DNA of 64,000 nucleotides from an uncultured Ardenticatenaceae bacterium (GCA_964422535.1 CAYRBP010000010.1:791-64790), one strand, 5' to 3'; counted from the first letter of the stretch, positions 10,369 through 20,036 are shown. Translations and numbers: made by a program. The notes: generated by a model not told the origin, from the letters alone.

Positions 10369-10995
10369 TCAGAAAACAAGGCCGAGCGCGCGAAGTTCGG
10401 CCGCCAGATCGGTGTTCTGGGTGAACCGGATCGCCTGCATGCCCAACGCCTGGGCGGCAGCCACGTTGGCCGGGGCGTCGTCGATGAAGACGGCCTGGTC
10501 CGGCTTCCGTCCCAGGCGTTGAAGCGTGTTCCGGTAGATGCGCGGGTCGGGTTTCATGATCCCTTCGGCCGCGGAGCCGACGATGAGGTCGAAGTCGGCG
10601 GCGATTGGATGGTCCGTGGTCAGGCTCCGGAGCAGGGCGTCGGTGGCGTTGCTGATGATGGCCGTCTGGTAACGCGGCCGCAGCGAGCGGATCAGCGCGA
10701 CGAGGGTTTCATCGAGCCGGTCGCCGACCCAGAAGTCGCGCCGGAAGTCGGCGAACGCATCGCCGAGGTCGACCTGCTGCTCGATCCATGACCACAGCGC
10801 GTCGTTCGTCACCTCTCCACGCTGGGCAGCCTGGCCCATTGCGCTGTGGAAGACGAGCTCGTCGGCGCCGCCCGGTCCTAGGCCGAGGCGTTCCTCCCAC
10901 GCGGCGCGCGGGCCGCGATCGAAAGTTCGGACCAGGACGCCGCCGACATCGAAAATGACGGCCCGGATGTGGCTGTCGGCCCCCGCCTCACTCAT
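10369..10995 (-). CDS. HAD-superfamily hydrolase (subfamily IA-like)
   Basis: 208 aa with motif I VIFDVGGVL, motif II ISNA, and motif III/IV K....FIDD. Its start overlaps the stop of the upstream 913-aa gene by 8 nt. Confidence 0.8.
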   Translation of the reverse strand: MSEAGADSHIRAVIFDVGGVLVRTFDRGPRAAWEERLGLGPGGADELVFHSAMGQAAQRGEVTNDALWSWIEQQVDLGDAFADFRRDFWVGDRLDETLVALIRSLRPRYQTAIISNATDALLRSLTTDHPIAADFDLIVGSAAEGIMKPDPRIYRNTLQRLGRKPDQAVFIDDAPANVAAAQALGMQAIRFTQNTDLAAELRALGLVF

Positions 10996-13729
10996 CGAGC
11001 AGCACCACCGGCTCCTGGTAGTAACGCAGCCGACTGCGCGAGAGCTTGCTCACCAGGAACTCGTTGAACCAGGCGCGTTTGTCAGCCAGTGGCTCGTCGG
11101 CTTTCAGGCGGGCCAGGTCGGCGTTCAGGCGCAGGATGCGCCCGGGGATGACGAAACGGGTCAGGCCGGCCGGCAGCAAGTTCCCGCCGGCCGCGGCATC
11201 GAACACCTCTTCCGGGCTGAACTGCGGATAGATGGCGACGGCAACCAGATCGGGGAAGATGTCGGTCAACCGGTCCAGGTCCGTCAGCAACGTGCGTTCG
11301 ACGCTGCCCCAGGCGTTGTAGGTGTCGACCACCGCATTCATGACCGGCAGCTCCGGCGCGCCCGGCGCGTGGCGGGCGAGCAGGTAGCGGCCGTCTCTGA
11401 TCTGGAAGTAGCAGATGGTCTCTGGCCGGTGCAGCGCTTCACGGGCATGGTCGGCCGATACCTCTTCGAGCAGGAGATTCGGAATCGGCCGCAGGTTGGC
11501 GATCAGCGACTCCGCGTCTTCACCGCCGCCGTGTTCCCGGTCGACGGAAATGGCATGGTACCAGGTGTGGAGCTGGAACTCCGATTGGTCGGCCTGGACA
11601 ACCTGGACGATAGCATACGGGTAGCCCAGTTGCTGTAACGCGCTGTAACGTGTCGCGCCGTCGAGGATGACGTAGCGACCCTTCCAGTAGGTCGTGATGG
11701 GCGGGTTGACGAGCCGTCCGTCGTCCTCTAACCGGCCCATTAGCCGGGCGACACGCTTCTGATCAATGTGCTCGTGGGGCATGACCTGTTCGACCGGGAC
11801 GACTTCCAGCGCCAGCACCTCGTTGGCCCGGCGGGATTGAAGCGCCTCCAGCATCTGCCGGACGACCTGGAGCGAGGCGTCGCGCTGCTGGTTGTCGATC
11901 ACGGCGGTCACGTGTGGCTCGACGATGACGCGCGGGTGCTCCCGGAGGCGCATGGCCGCCGGCGAAGCAGGGACGACGAGGGGCGGCAGGGCGGAGACGG
12001 CCGCGCCGGCGATCGTTCCGGCTTCCAGCGCCGCCAGCAGCGCTCGCTCGTCGACCAGGTCGGTATGGCCGGTGTTGATCAGCAAGGCCCCCGGCTTCAT
12101 GACCTGCAGCTCGCCCTCGCCGATGATCGTCTCCGTCTCGGCCCGGAAGGGGACGTGGAGGCTGATGAAGTCGGAGCGGCGCAGGAGGTCAACGAGGTCG
12201 ACGACCTCAACGCCGTCAGCCAGGGCCAGCTCGGGCGTCAGGCGCGGCTGGTTGGCAAGCACGCGCATATCGAAGGCGATGGCGCGCCGGGCGACCAGCC
12301 GGCCGATCACGCCGAAGCCGACAAGACCGAGCGTCTTGCCCGCCAGCCGGCCGTCGCCGTAGCGGGTGGCCAGCGTCAGCATGCGGCTGACCGTGTGCTC
12401 CGCAATGGCCACGGCGCGGGTGTTGGGCGCGGCCACCACTTCGATGCCGAGCGCCCGCGCCATGCTGACATCAATGTGGTCCAGGCGTTCGCCCAGCAGC
12501 CCGATGGCGCGGAGATGGTTGCCGTACTTCAGAACGTGGCTGGAGATGCGCTGGCCGGCCCCAACGATGAGGCCGTGGGCGTCGCCGATTCGGCGCATCA
12601 GGGCCTCTTCATCGAGCGTGTCAACCGCCTCAATGTCTGCCGCCGCCCCCAATTCCTCCATCGCTTCGGTTACAAGCGGCGTCATCAACAGGACCCTGGG
12701 CCGCTCATCAGCTTTCCTGGCTGTGGGCGGCGATGGCCGGGAATCCGCGTCGCTTTCCCGCGCCGGTGTGGAATGCGGTTTGTGGTGAAAGAAGCCGCAG
12801 GACGCGACGTCAACGTTTCCGCCGCTTAGCAGCACGCCGACGCGCTTGCCCCTGGCTGCGTGGTAACTTCCGCTGAAAAGCGGGGCCAGGGCAACGGCCG
12901 CGCTCGGCTCAATGACGATCTTGAGCCGGGACCAGACGAACTCCAGCGCGGCCAGGATGTCATCCTCGGCGACCGTGGTCATGTCACCGACGAACCGGCG
13001 CATGATCTCCAGGTTCCGCTGGCCGACCGCCCGCGTGCGCAGGCCGTCGGCGATCGTGTCGGGGACGCGCTCCAGTTTCGCGATCCTGCCCTCTCGCCAC
13101 GACTGGTTGGCGTCTGCCCCTCGGGCCGGTTCGACACCGACGACGATACAGGCCGGCGCGCTGGCCTGGGCCGCCAATGCGCTGCCGCTGATCAATCCAC
13201 CGCCGCCGACCGGCACAAACAGATAGTCGAGCGGGCCCACTTCGTCGAAGAGCTCCAGCGCGGCCGTGCCCTGACCGGCAATGATGTCGTCATTGTCGAA
13301 CGGGTGCACCAGTGTGTAACCGTGCTCGGCGATCAGCGTCGCGGTTACTTCCTCGCGGTGAAGGGCATCACACGGGACGATCCGCGCCCCGTACCCTTCC
13401 GTCGCGGCGCGTTTGTTGGGCGGCGCGTCCTCCGGTATGACGACGACCGCCGGCACGCCGAGTAAGCTCGCCGCGAGGGCGATACCCTGGGCGTGATTGC
13501 CGCTGGAGTGGGTGATGACGCCGGCGGCACGCTCTGCGTCGCTGAGCCGGCTGATGGCGTTATAGGCGCCGCGGAACTTGAAAGCGCCGACGCGCTGGAA
13601 GTTCTCGCACTTGAGGAAGACGTGGCAGCCGGCCACTTCGTCGAGCGTGCGCGAGGTCAGCACCGGCGTGCGATGGGCCACACTATGGAGGCGCTCGGCC
13701 GCATCAAGGATTGCACTGGGCGGGATCAT
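10988..13729 (-). CDS. three-domain fusion: fold-type II PLP Ser/Thr dehydratase/racemase-like + D-2-hydroxyacid dehydrogenase (SerA-like) + ParB/Srx-fold SerK/SbnI-like domain
   Basis: This is a single uninterrupted 913-aa ORF.
- aa 1-315: GAFKFRGAYN (PLP lysine), HSSGNHAQG and PVGGGGLISG.
- aa 320-345: a Pro/Ser/Arg linker.
- aa 345-630: the NAD motif GLVGFGVIGRLVARR and a C-terminal VEPHV.
- aa 640-913: a ParB/Srx-like stretch HEHIDQKRVARLMGRLEDDGRLVNPPITTYWKGRYVILDGATRYSALQQLGYPYAIVQVV, followed by a ~200-aa C-terminal domain. Confidence 0.8.
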   Translation of the reverse strand: MIPPSAILDAAERLHSVAHRTPVLTSRTLDEVAGCHVFLKCENFQRVGAFKFRGAYNAISRLSDAERAAGVITHSSGNHAQGIALAASLLGVPAVVVIPEDAPPNKRAATEGYGARIVPCDALHREEVTATLIAEHGYTLVHPFDNDDIIAGQGTAALELFDEVGPLDYLFVPVGGGGLISGSALAAQASAPACIVVGVEPARGADANQSWREGRIAKLERVPDTIADGLRTRAVGQRNLEIMRRFVGDMTTVAEDDILAALEFVWSRLKIVIEPSAAVALAPLFSGSYHAARGKRVGVLLSGGNVDVASCGFFHHKPHSTPARESDADSRPSPPTARKADERPRVLLMTPLVTEAMEELGAAADIEAVDTLDEEALMRRIGDAHGLIVGAGQRISSHVLKYGNHLRAIGLLGERLDHIDVSMARALGIEVVAAPNTRAVAIAEHTVSRMLTLATRYGDGRLAGKTLGLVGFGVIGRLVARRAIAFDMRVLANQPRLTPELALADGVEVVDLVDLLRRSDFISLHVPFRAETETIIGEGELQVMKPGALLINTGHTDLVDERALLAALEAGTIAGAAVSALPPLVVPASPAAMRLREHPRVIVEPHVTAVIDNQQRDASLQVVRQMLEALQSRRANEVLALEVVPVEQVMPHEHIDQKRVARLMGRLEDDGRLVNPPITTYWKGRYVILDGATRYSALQQLGYPYAIVQVVQADQSEFQLHTWYHAISVDREHGGGEDAESLIANLRPIPNLLLEEVSADHAREALHRPETICYFQIRDGRYLLARHAPGAPELPVMNAVVDTYNAWGSVERTLLTDLDRLTDIFPDLVAVAIYPQFSPEEVFDAAAGGNLLPAGLTRFVIPGRILRLNADLARLKADEPLADKRAWFNEFLVSKLSRSRLRYYQEPVVLLDE

Positions 13730-13839
13730 GGCTTGGCCTGATGGGAAATGGTGACTGAAAACCTGCGGGTCTCAGAACGCGGCACAGCGGAGGACTCTGG
13801 CCGTCTCGATGACCCGGCGCGCTCCGCCAGTCCCGTGAC

Positions 13840-14097
13840 CTACCCCGAAGGAGGCGGGACGGGCAACTTCTCGACCGGCGTGTTCTTCCACTTCTCTCCC
13901 TCCTCGATCAGCATGATCGGGATGCCGTCGCGGATGGGGTACTTCATGCCCGACTCGGCCGAGACAAGCCAGCAGCCGTGGACAAGTTCCAGCCGCCCGG
14001 GGTCCGGGCCAAGCGACTTATCATGCACGGCGACCGGGCATCGCAACAACTCCAAGAGCATCGGGTTGAACGGGGCGCTTTTATCGGATTCGCTCAC
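13840..14097 (-). CDS. Trm112/YcaR-family small zinc-ribbon-like protein
   Basis: It contains ..MLLELLRCPV...MKYPIRDGIPIMLIEE, which is the Trm112 (UPF0434) signature. I chose the GTG at 14097 because AGGAGA lies 9 nt upstream; the ATG at 14061 is the alternative. The 126-aa track ORF is an over-extension. Confidence 0.75.
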   Translation of the reverse strand: MSESDKSAPFNPMLLELLRCPVAVHDKSLGPDPGRLELVHGCWLVSAESGMKYPIRDGIPIMLIEEGEKWKNTPVEKLPVPPPSG

Positions 14098-14168
14098 GCA
14101 GGGCTTTCTCCTGTTACCGGGGTGACGTGCCGGCGATCTTACGCCGAATGGGTGTACGGGGCAAGCGG

Positions 14169-14921
14169 TCAGCCATCCTGGACGGAGGGCCAGACAGCCG
14201 ACACCAGCTCGGGCAGCCACACACCCGCCGGTTCCCTCACACAGATGTCCATCGCCTGACTCAACGGGGTCTCCGTCGGATTGACCTCGACCGACATGGC
14301 GCCTGCTTCGATGGCCATCAAGGGCAGCGACGCCGCGGGCTGAACAAGCCCCGATGTGCCGACGGTCAGGAAGACATCGGCCTGTTCGGCGGCCGAGATG
14401 GCAGCCTGCAGCGCGTCGGGCGGCAGCATCTCGCCGAACCAGACGACGTCAGGTCGGAGGAACGCGCCGCAATCGGGGCAGCGCGGAGGGACTTCCGGGC
14501 CGTCCGGCCACGATTCGACGATCCGGCCGTCGGCCGAGCACTTGACCCGGGCCAGGTTGCCGTGAAGCTCAATGATGTTCCGGCTGCCGGCGCGGGTGTG
14601 CAGGCTATCGACGTTCTGTGTGACGAGGGTGAACTGAGGTACCCGGGTTTCAAGCGTCGCCAGGGCGACATGACCCGGATTGGGCGAAGCGCCGGCGACC
14701 AGTTCCCGCCGCCACGCGTACCAGTCCCAGACCAGTTTCGGGTCGCGCCGGAAGGCCTGCGGCGTGGCCAACTCCTGCGGGTCGTATCTGGCCCACAGGC
14801 CGGTCAGCGCGTCGCGGAACGTCGGCACGCCGCTCTCGGCGGAGATGCCCGCGCCGGTCAGCACGACGACGCGCCTGGCCTCTCGCAGCCGGGCGATGAG
14901 CCGGCCCGGGATGGGGCTCAT
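14169..14921 (-). CDS. cobB: NAD-dependent protein deacylase (Sir2/CobB sirtuin)
   Basis: It has VVVLTGAGISAESGVPTFRD, QNVDSLH, a Zn-binding CxxC...CxxC (CSADG..CPDCG) and GTSGLVQPA. Its start overlaps the panC stop (ATGA). Confidence 0.9.
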   Translation of the reverse strand: MSPIPGRLIARLREARRVVVLTGAGISAESGVPTFRDALTGLWARYDPQELATPQAFRRDPKLVWDWYAWRRELVAGASPNPGHVALATLETRVPQFTLVTQNVDSLHTRAGSRNIIELHGNLARVKCSADGRIVESWPDGPEVPPRCPDCGAFLRPDVVWFGEMLPPDALQAAISAAEQADVFLTVGTSGLVQPAASLPLMAIEAGAMSVEVNPTETPLSQAMDICVREPAGVWLPELVSAVWPSVQDG

Positions 14922-15775
14922 CCGGCTTCGCTGCCCTCCAGCAGGATGTTGTCGATCAACCGCGTCGTGCCGAAATAGACAGCCATCGACAGGAGCGCCG
15001 AGGGGACGGGAGCCCCGCCGTCCAGTTCCCTGAGCGTCACGGGGTCAGCCGCACTGACGTAGTCGACGCGCGCGAGCGGTTCGGCGGCCAGGACACGGCT
15101 CAGTGCCTCGCGCAGCCGGTCCGGGTCGTGTTCGCCCGCTTCCCACATCTCGCGGGCGGCTGACAGGGCGCGATAAAGCGCCGCTGCGCCGGCGCGATTG
15201 GCGTCATCCAGGTACTTGTTGCGCGAGCTCATCGCCAGGCCGTCGGGTTCGCGCACGGTCGGGCACACGACGAAGCGCAGGTTGAAGTTCAGGTCAGCGA
15301 CCATCCGGCGCAGGACGGCCGCCTGCTGGGCGTCCTTCTGGCCGAAGTAGACGTGGGTCGGCTGCACGATGTTGAAGAGCTTGGCCACGATTGTCGCCAC
15401 ACCCTGGAAGTGGCCGGGCCGCCGGGCGCCTTCCAGTCCCTCGGCCACGGCGCCGACATGGACGTAGGTCTGGAAACCCGGCGGGTACATGGCGGCATCG
15501 GAAGGGGTGAAGACAAGGTCGACCGATTCGGCCGCCAGCAGGGCCAGGTCGCGCTCCAGGTCGCGCGGGTAGCGCGAGAGATCTTCTGTCGGCGCGAACT
15601 GGGCCGGGTTAACGTAGATGGAGACGGCGACGAAGGACGTTTCACTTTTGGCCCGGCGGACCAGCGAAAGGTGACCCTCATGCAGATAGCCCATCGTCGG
15701 TACGAAGCCGACGCTCGCCAAACCCCAGCCTGCGCGGACCCCGCGCACCTGTTCGATGTCATCCGTAACGATCAT
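14918..15775 (-). CDS. panC: pantoate--beta-alanine ligase
   Basis: Starting from the internal ATG at 15775 (GGGAG RBS) gives MIVTDDIEQVR...VPTMGYLHEGHLSLV (HIGH motif) and a 285-aa product. The upstream 87 codons of the track ORF are Arg/Pro/Gly junk. Confidence 0.92.
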   Translation of the reverse strand: MIVTDDIEQVRGVRAGWGLASVGFVPTMGYLHEGHLSLVRRAKSETSFVAVSIYVNPAQFAPTEDLSRYPRDLERDLALLAAESVDLVFTPSDAAMYPPGFQTYVHVGAVAEGLEGARRPGHFQGVATIVAKLFNIVQPTHVYFGQKDAQQAAVLRRMVADLNFNLRFVVCPTVREPDGLAMSSRNKYLDDANRAGAAALYRALSAAREMWEAGEHDPDRLREALSRVLAAEPLARVDYVSAADPVTLRELDGGAPVPSALLSMAVYFGTTRLIDNILLEGSEAG

Positions 15776-15879
15776 GGTCTCCCTGTTCCTCTTGCTGCAC
15801 AGTCGCCCCGGAGGCCGGCGTTCCGGCTTCGCGGGAGGGCGGAGCTGCGAACAACCGCGCCAGGGCGCAGTGCAGTTCT

Positions 15880-16857
15880 CTAGTTTACCATTTCCAGCAA
15901 TGCCAGCAGGCCGCCGACATCGCCCTGCGCCAGCGCCAGTTCCCCTCGTTCGGCGGCATGGACGAGTTCGGTCAATCGGCGGTTCAGGGGCGTCGCTACG
16001 GCGTGGCGGCCGCCCAGCGCCGCAACCTGGCCGCAAATCGCATCGATTTCCGTTGGCGAGCCGCGGAGGATGTCCTGGAGCATGGAGGAGTGGTTGGCGG
16101 CCGTCGCCCGGGCTACCGCTCGCGCCCGCGCATCCGGCTCATCGCTGAGTCGGATGCCCTGCGCGGCGGCAACGGCCGCGACCTCCTGTGCGGCCCGGTC
16201 CATGATGGCGGTCAGCGCCGGATGCTCCAGCAAGAAGCCGTTGGGCACGCGCAACAGGGCGGTCAATGGGTTGATAGCGGCGTTGACGGCCAGCTTGTCC
16301 CAGAGCAGTCGTTCCGGTTCATCGACCACCGCTGCCGGAAAGCCGGCGTCGCCGAAAGCCGCGCTCAGGTACGCCAGAAGCCGTCGCTGGCGCGGTGACA
16401 GGCCATCGGTCAGCCCAAAGTTCGTGTAGCCATTTCCGGCGTGCCTGACCCGAGCCAGCCCCAGCAAGGTTGCGCCCTCGGAGGTGATGCCCAGCGCGGC
16501 CCTGTGCGGCCCAAGCGCATCGCGGAGTGCCTCGTAGTTGCCGAGACCGTTTTGCAATGTGACAGCCAGCCCGTCTGGCGCCAGGAGACGGGCGATGTGG
16601 CGGGCGACGGCCGGCGTCTGCTGGCTTTTCTCAACGACGATGGCGGTATCCAGCGGTCCCGTGGCTTCGTCTCGCAGGCAAGCGACCAGCTGATGGATGG
16701 TCGTGCTGCCGTCTACGTGCTCGACCGCGACCCCATGCGCGCGCACCGCGCGAATCTGGTCTTCCCACTCACCGATCAGGACAACGTTGGCAACCACTGA
16801 TAGCCCGGAGGCGAAGAGGCTGCCCATCGCCCCAACACCGAAGACGCCGATACGCAT
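15880..16857 (-). CDS. panE: 2-dehydropantoate 2-reductase (ketopantoate reductase)
   Basis: It has the N-terminal Rossmann motif MRIGVFGVGAMGSLFA and an ApbA_C-like C-terminus (SSMLQDILRGSPTEID). It sits between panB and panC. Confidence 0.85.
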   Translation of the reverse strand: MRIGVFGVGAMGSLFASGLSVVANVVLIGEWEDQIRAVRAHGVAVEHVDGSTTIHQLVACLRDEATGPLDTAIVVEKSQQTPAVARHIARLLAPDGLAVTLQNGLGNYEALRDALGPHRAALGITSEGATLLGLARVRHAGNGYTNFGLTDGLSPRQRRLLAYLSAAFGDAGFPAAVVDEPERLLWDKLAVNAAINPLTALLRVPNGFLLEHPALTAIMDRAAQEVAAVAAAQGIRLSDEPDARARAVARATAANHSSMLQDILRGSPTEIDAICGQVAALGGRHAVATPLNRRLTELVHAAERGELALAQGDVGGLLALLEMVN

Positions 16858-16865
16858 GTTGCCGC

Positions 16866-17732
16866 TCAGGACATCCGCGCCGTTTCGGCCAGGGCGCGGC
16901 GAAACTCGGCTTCCTCTTCCGCGCTCATCGGGTAGGTGTGTTCCTCGGCCGGAAAGGCGCCGCCCGCGACTTCCCTGCCATAGCTGCGAAACGCTTCCAC
17001 GATGAGCGGCCGGATATGGGCATACTGCTTGACGAACCGGGGCTGGTGGCCGTCATGCAGGCCGAGAAGGTCATGGTAGACAAGCACCTGGCCGTCGCAG
17101 CCGGCTCCGGCGCCGATGCCGATGGTTGGGATGTGCAGGCGGTCCGTGACGGCCGCCGCCACCGCAGCCGGGACGGCCTCGAGCACGATGGCGAAGCAAC
17201 CGGCTTCCTCCAGGGCCATGGCGTCGTCGACAAGCTTGAGCGCTGCGGCGGCCGTCTTACCCTGAACGCGGTAGCCGCCCAGCTTGGTGATCGACTGCGG
17301 AGTCAGCCCGATATGACCCATGACCGGGATGCCGGCGTCGACGATCGCCCGCACCGTCGGCGCCATCTCGCGGCCGCCCTCCAGCTTGACGGAATGCATA
17401 CCGGCTTCTTTTAGAAACCGGCCGGCATTTCGGATCGCGTCGGCCTGGCTGACCTGGTAAGCAAGAAACGGCATATCGCCCACCAGAAAGCAGCTGCCCG
17501 CGCCCCGGGCCACCGCTTTGCAGTGATGGATCATCTCCTCCATGGTCACCGGAGTCGTGCTGGCCAGGCCCATGACAACCATGCCCAGCGAATCGCCGAC
17601 GAGGATGACGTCGATCCCCGCCTCATCCACCATCGATGCGGCGCCATAATCATAGGCGGTGAGCATCGTGATGCGCTCGCCACGGTCTTTCTTGGCCTGC
17701 AATTCCAGGACTGTGACTTTCTTACGTTCCAT
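16866..17732 (-). CDS. panB: 3-methyl-2-oxobutanoate hydroxymethyltransferase
   Basis: The ATG at 17732 gives MERKKVTVLELQAKKDRGERITMLTAYDY...VGDSLGMV...VKLEGG, which is canonical PanB. Confidence 0.92.
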   Translation of the reverse strand: MERKKVTVLELQAKKDRGERITMLTAYDYGAASMVDEAGIDVILVGDSLGMVVMGLASTTPVTMEEMIHHCKAVARGAGSCFLVGDMPFLAYQVSQADAIRNAGRFLKEAGMHSVKLEGGREMAPTVRAIVDAGIPVMGHIGLTPQSITKLGGYRVQGKTAAAALKLVDDAMALEEAGCFAIVLEAVPAAVAAAVTDRLHIPTIGIGAGAGCDGQVLVYHDLLGLHDGHQPRFVKQYAHIRPLIVEAFRSYGREVAGGAFPAEEHTYPMSAEEEAEFRRALAETARMS

Positions 17733-17781
17733 AGTAGAATCCCGGCGTCGACGAACGCCCTGTCGTCCACAGCGACCGAAC

Positions 17782-18882
17782 ATGACCCTGTCGCACCTAG
17801 AGCCCCGCCTCATCCGGATGCCGGATCTTCAGGGAGAGTGGCTGAACACGGGCCGAACCCTGACTCGCGCTGACCTGCGCGGCCGCCCGCTGTTGGTCGA
17901 TTTCTGGGATTATACTTGCGTCAACTGTTTGCGCACCCTGCCATATCTGCGCGCCTGGCACCGCCGCTACGCGCCGATCGGGCTGGTCATCGTCGGCGTG
18001 CATTCACCGGAGTTCGCGTTCGGCCGTATTACCAACCAGGTGCAACAGGCCATCCATGAGTACGGCATTGAGTATGCGGTCATGCTCGACAACGACCACC
18101 GGGCATGGGACGCTTGCGCGGTCAAGGCCTGGCCGACCAAAGTCCTGGTCGATGCGGATGGCTACCTGCGCTACCGGGTTCAAGGTGAGGGCAGTTACCC
18201 TGCGACGGAGGCAGCTATTCAGGCGTTGTTGCGCCTGGAAAACCCGGGGCTCAGCCTGCCTCAGCTGATAGAACCGTTGCGTCCGGAAGACGCGCCGGGC
18301 GCCGTATGCTTCCGGCCTACGCCGGAACTGTATGCCGGCTACCAGCGGGGCGGGCTGTTCGGCGCGATGCTGGGTAATCCGGACGGTTACGCGGTCGATG
18401 GCCCGATTTTCTACCGGTATCCACCGCCGGAACGCTGGGCGGAAGGTCGCTTCTACCTCGACGGTGTCTGGCGGGCCTGGCCTGAGGCACTTGCCTTCGC
18501 CGGCGACACGACCGGCCGGGTGATGATCCCCTACAGCGCGGCGAGCGTCAACGCAGTCCTCAGCCCGACGGCCGACCCGGTGGAAACGATCCTCGGCCTC
18601 GGCGCTGCGGCGTCGCCTTCTCCGATCGAAGTGCGCCAGGACGGCCGGCCGCTGACGCGGGCCAACGCCGGGGAGGACATCGTGCTGACCGGGGACGGCC
18701 GCAGCGTCGTCATCGTCAGCCGGCCGAAGATGGTCGAGCTGGTCCGCAACGCGACGTTTGAGCCGCACGAGCTGGAGTTGACCTTCGGGACGCGCGGGCA
18801 AGCGCTCTATAGCGTCAGCTTCACCAGTTGTGTCGTCGCACCGGGCGAAGGCGACAGCAACGAGCTTTACACGGTTCATTGA
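17782..18882 (+). CDS. thioredoxin-fold redoxin with C-terminal beta-rich domain (DipZ C-terminal-domain-like)
   Basis: It has LLVDFWDYTCVNCLRTLPYL...VIVGVHSPEFAF with a CxxC active site. No signal peptide or membrane domain is evident. The start is uncertain (ATG 17782 or 17818). Confidence 0.7.
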   Translation: MTLSHLEPRLIRMPDLQGEWLNTGRTLTRADLRGRPLLVDFWDYTCVNCLRTLPYLRAWHRRYAPIGLVIVGVHSPEFAFGRITNQVQQAIHEYGIEYAVMLDNDHRAWDACAVKAWPTKVLVDADGYLRYRVQGEGSYPATEAAIQALLRLENPGLSLPQLIEPLRPEDAPGAVCFRPTPELYAGYQRGGLFGAMLGNPDGYAVDGPIFYRYPPPERWAEGRFYLDGVWRAWPEALAFAGDTTGRVMIPYSAASVNAVLSPTADPVETILGLGAAASPSPIEVRQDGRPLTRANAGEDIVLTGDGRSVVIVSRPKMVELVRNATFEPHELELTFGTRGQALYSVSFTSCVVAPGEGDSNELYTVH

Positions 18883-18907
18883 GGACACGCCCAAAGGAGC
18901 CATAGCG

Positions 18908-19705
18908 ATGGATCTTGGACTGAACAGGCGGGTGGCGCTGGTTGCCGCAGCGACGAAAGGCTTGGGCTATGCCGTAGCGGCTCAGTTGCTGCGCGAGGGG
19001 GCGAGCGTTGGCATCTGTGGCCGGTCGGCCGAGCATGTCGATTCGGCCGTTGCCGCTTTGCGGTCAGAGGCCGGGCAGGCGGCAGAAGTGGCCGGCTGGA
19101 CGGCCGACGTGACACGCGCTGAGGACTGCGAGCGGCTGGTCGAGAACGTCGTGGCGCGCTTCGGCCAGCTCGATATCCTCGTTACGAACGCCGGCGGCCC
19201 TCCCGGCGGGACATTCGACGCGCTGGACATGAGCCAGTTTGAGAGCGCCGCCCAGCTGACCCTGCTGAGCGCCGTGAGGCTGATCAAACTCGCCCTGCCG
19301 CACCTGCGCCGGAGTGACGCGGCCGCGATCTTGACGATCACGAGTGTCTCGACCAAACAGCCGGTGGCGGGGCTGTTGCTCTCGAACGTCTATCGTCCGG
19401 CCGTAGCGGGGCTGACCAAGACGCTATCGCAGGAACTGGGCCAGGAAGGCATCCGGGTCAATTCCATCCTGCCGGGCTGGACAGCGACCGAACGGGTTGG
19501 GGCGATCCTTGACTACCGCAGCCGGCAAAACGCGACGACACGAGAGGACGAGGAAGCCAGGATCACGGCCAACATACCGATGGGCCGGATGGGCTTGCCC
19601 GAGGAATTCGGCCGCGTGGCCGCGTTCCTCGTCTCTCCGGCCGCCAGCTACGTCAATGGCATCATGATGCCCGTGGACGGCGGCAGCAGCAGCGGCCTTC
19701 TGTAG
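18908..19705 (+). CDS. SDR-family oxidoreductase
   Basis: The ATG at 18908 has an AAGGAG RBS. It has the Rossmann motif VAAATKGLGYAVA, NAGG, and IRVNSILPG. Confidence 0.85.
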   Translation: MDLGLNRRVALVAAATKGLGYAVAAQLLREGASVGICGRSAEHVDSAVAALRSEAGQAAEVAGWTADVTRAEDCERLVENVVARFGQLDILVTNAGGPPGGTFDALDMSQFESAAQLTLLSAVRLIKLALPHLRRSDAAAILTITSVSTKQPVAGLLLSNVYRPAVAGLTKTLSQELGQEGIRVNSILPGWTATERVGAILDYRSRQNATTREDEEARITANIPMGRMGLPEEFGRVAAFLVSPAASYVNGIMMPVDGGSSSGLL

Positions 19706-19733
19706 TAGGGATGGCCTTCGACGTCAAGAGTCG

Positions 19734-19973
19734 CTAGCGGTCGGGCCCCGGTATCTTGCGGTGGCTCTCCAGCACCCGGGTCAATTCAAGGATGAGCAGG
19801 CCCGCTTCTTCCGGCGTCAGGTAGATCCGCGTATCGTCGGCTCGAAAAACCTTTTCGTCTTCGGCGCAGTCTTCGACGAACTGCAGGCAGATATCGTCTT
19901 CGAAGCCGCGGTCCGCTTCATCAACGTAGACGCTGAGCTTCAGGCTGCCATCCAATAGATTAAGCGTGGTCAT
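19734..19973 (-). CDS. small acidic hypothetical protein (79 aa)
   Basis: The ATG at 19973 is preceded by GGGAGG 10 nt upstream. I recognised no motif. Confidence 0.5.
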   Translation of the reverse strand: MTTLNLLDGSLKLSVYVDEADRGFEDDICLQFVEDCAEDEKVFRADDTRIYLTPEEAGLLILELTRVLESHRKIPGPDR

Positions 19974-20036
19974 TCGAAAAGAACCTCCCTTCGTGTCCAC
20001 CTTTGATCACTTCAATTTTAGCTTTTCTTGCGCCGG

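Noticed and set aside
15776-16036. N-terminal extension of the panC ORF. Similar over-extensions are 17733-17813 for panB, 62594-63133 for the MFS gene, 57550-57723 for soxA, 30523-30732 for the second FHA gene, 21898-21951 for the PA14 gene, and 25292-25342 and 25264-25377.
   Set aside because: The extensions are Arg/Pro/Gly-rich. They overlap neighbouring genes or intergenic promoters. Internal starts preceded by a recognisable RBS, or matching family N-termini, are available.
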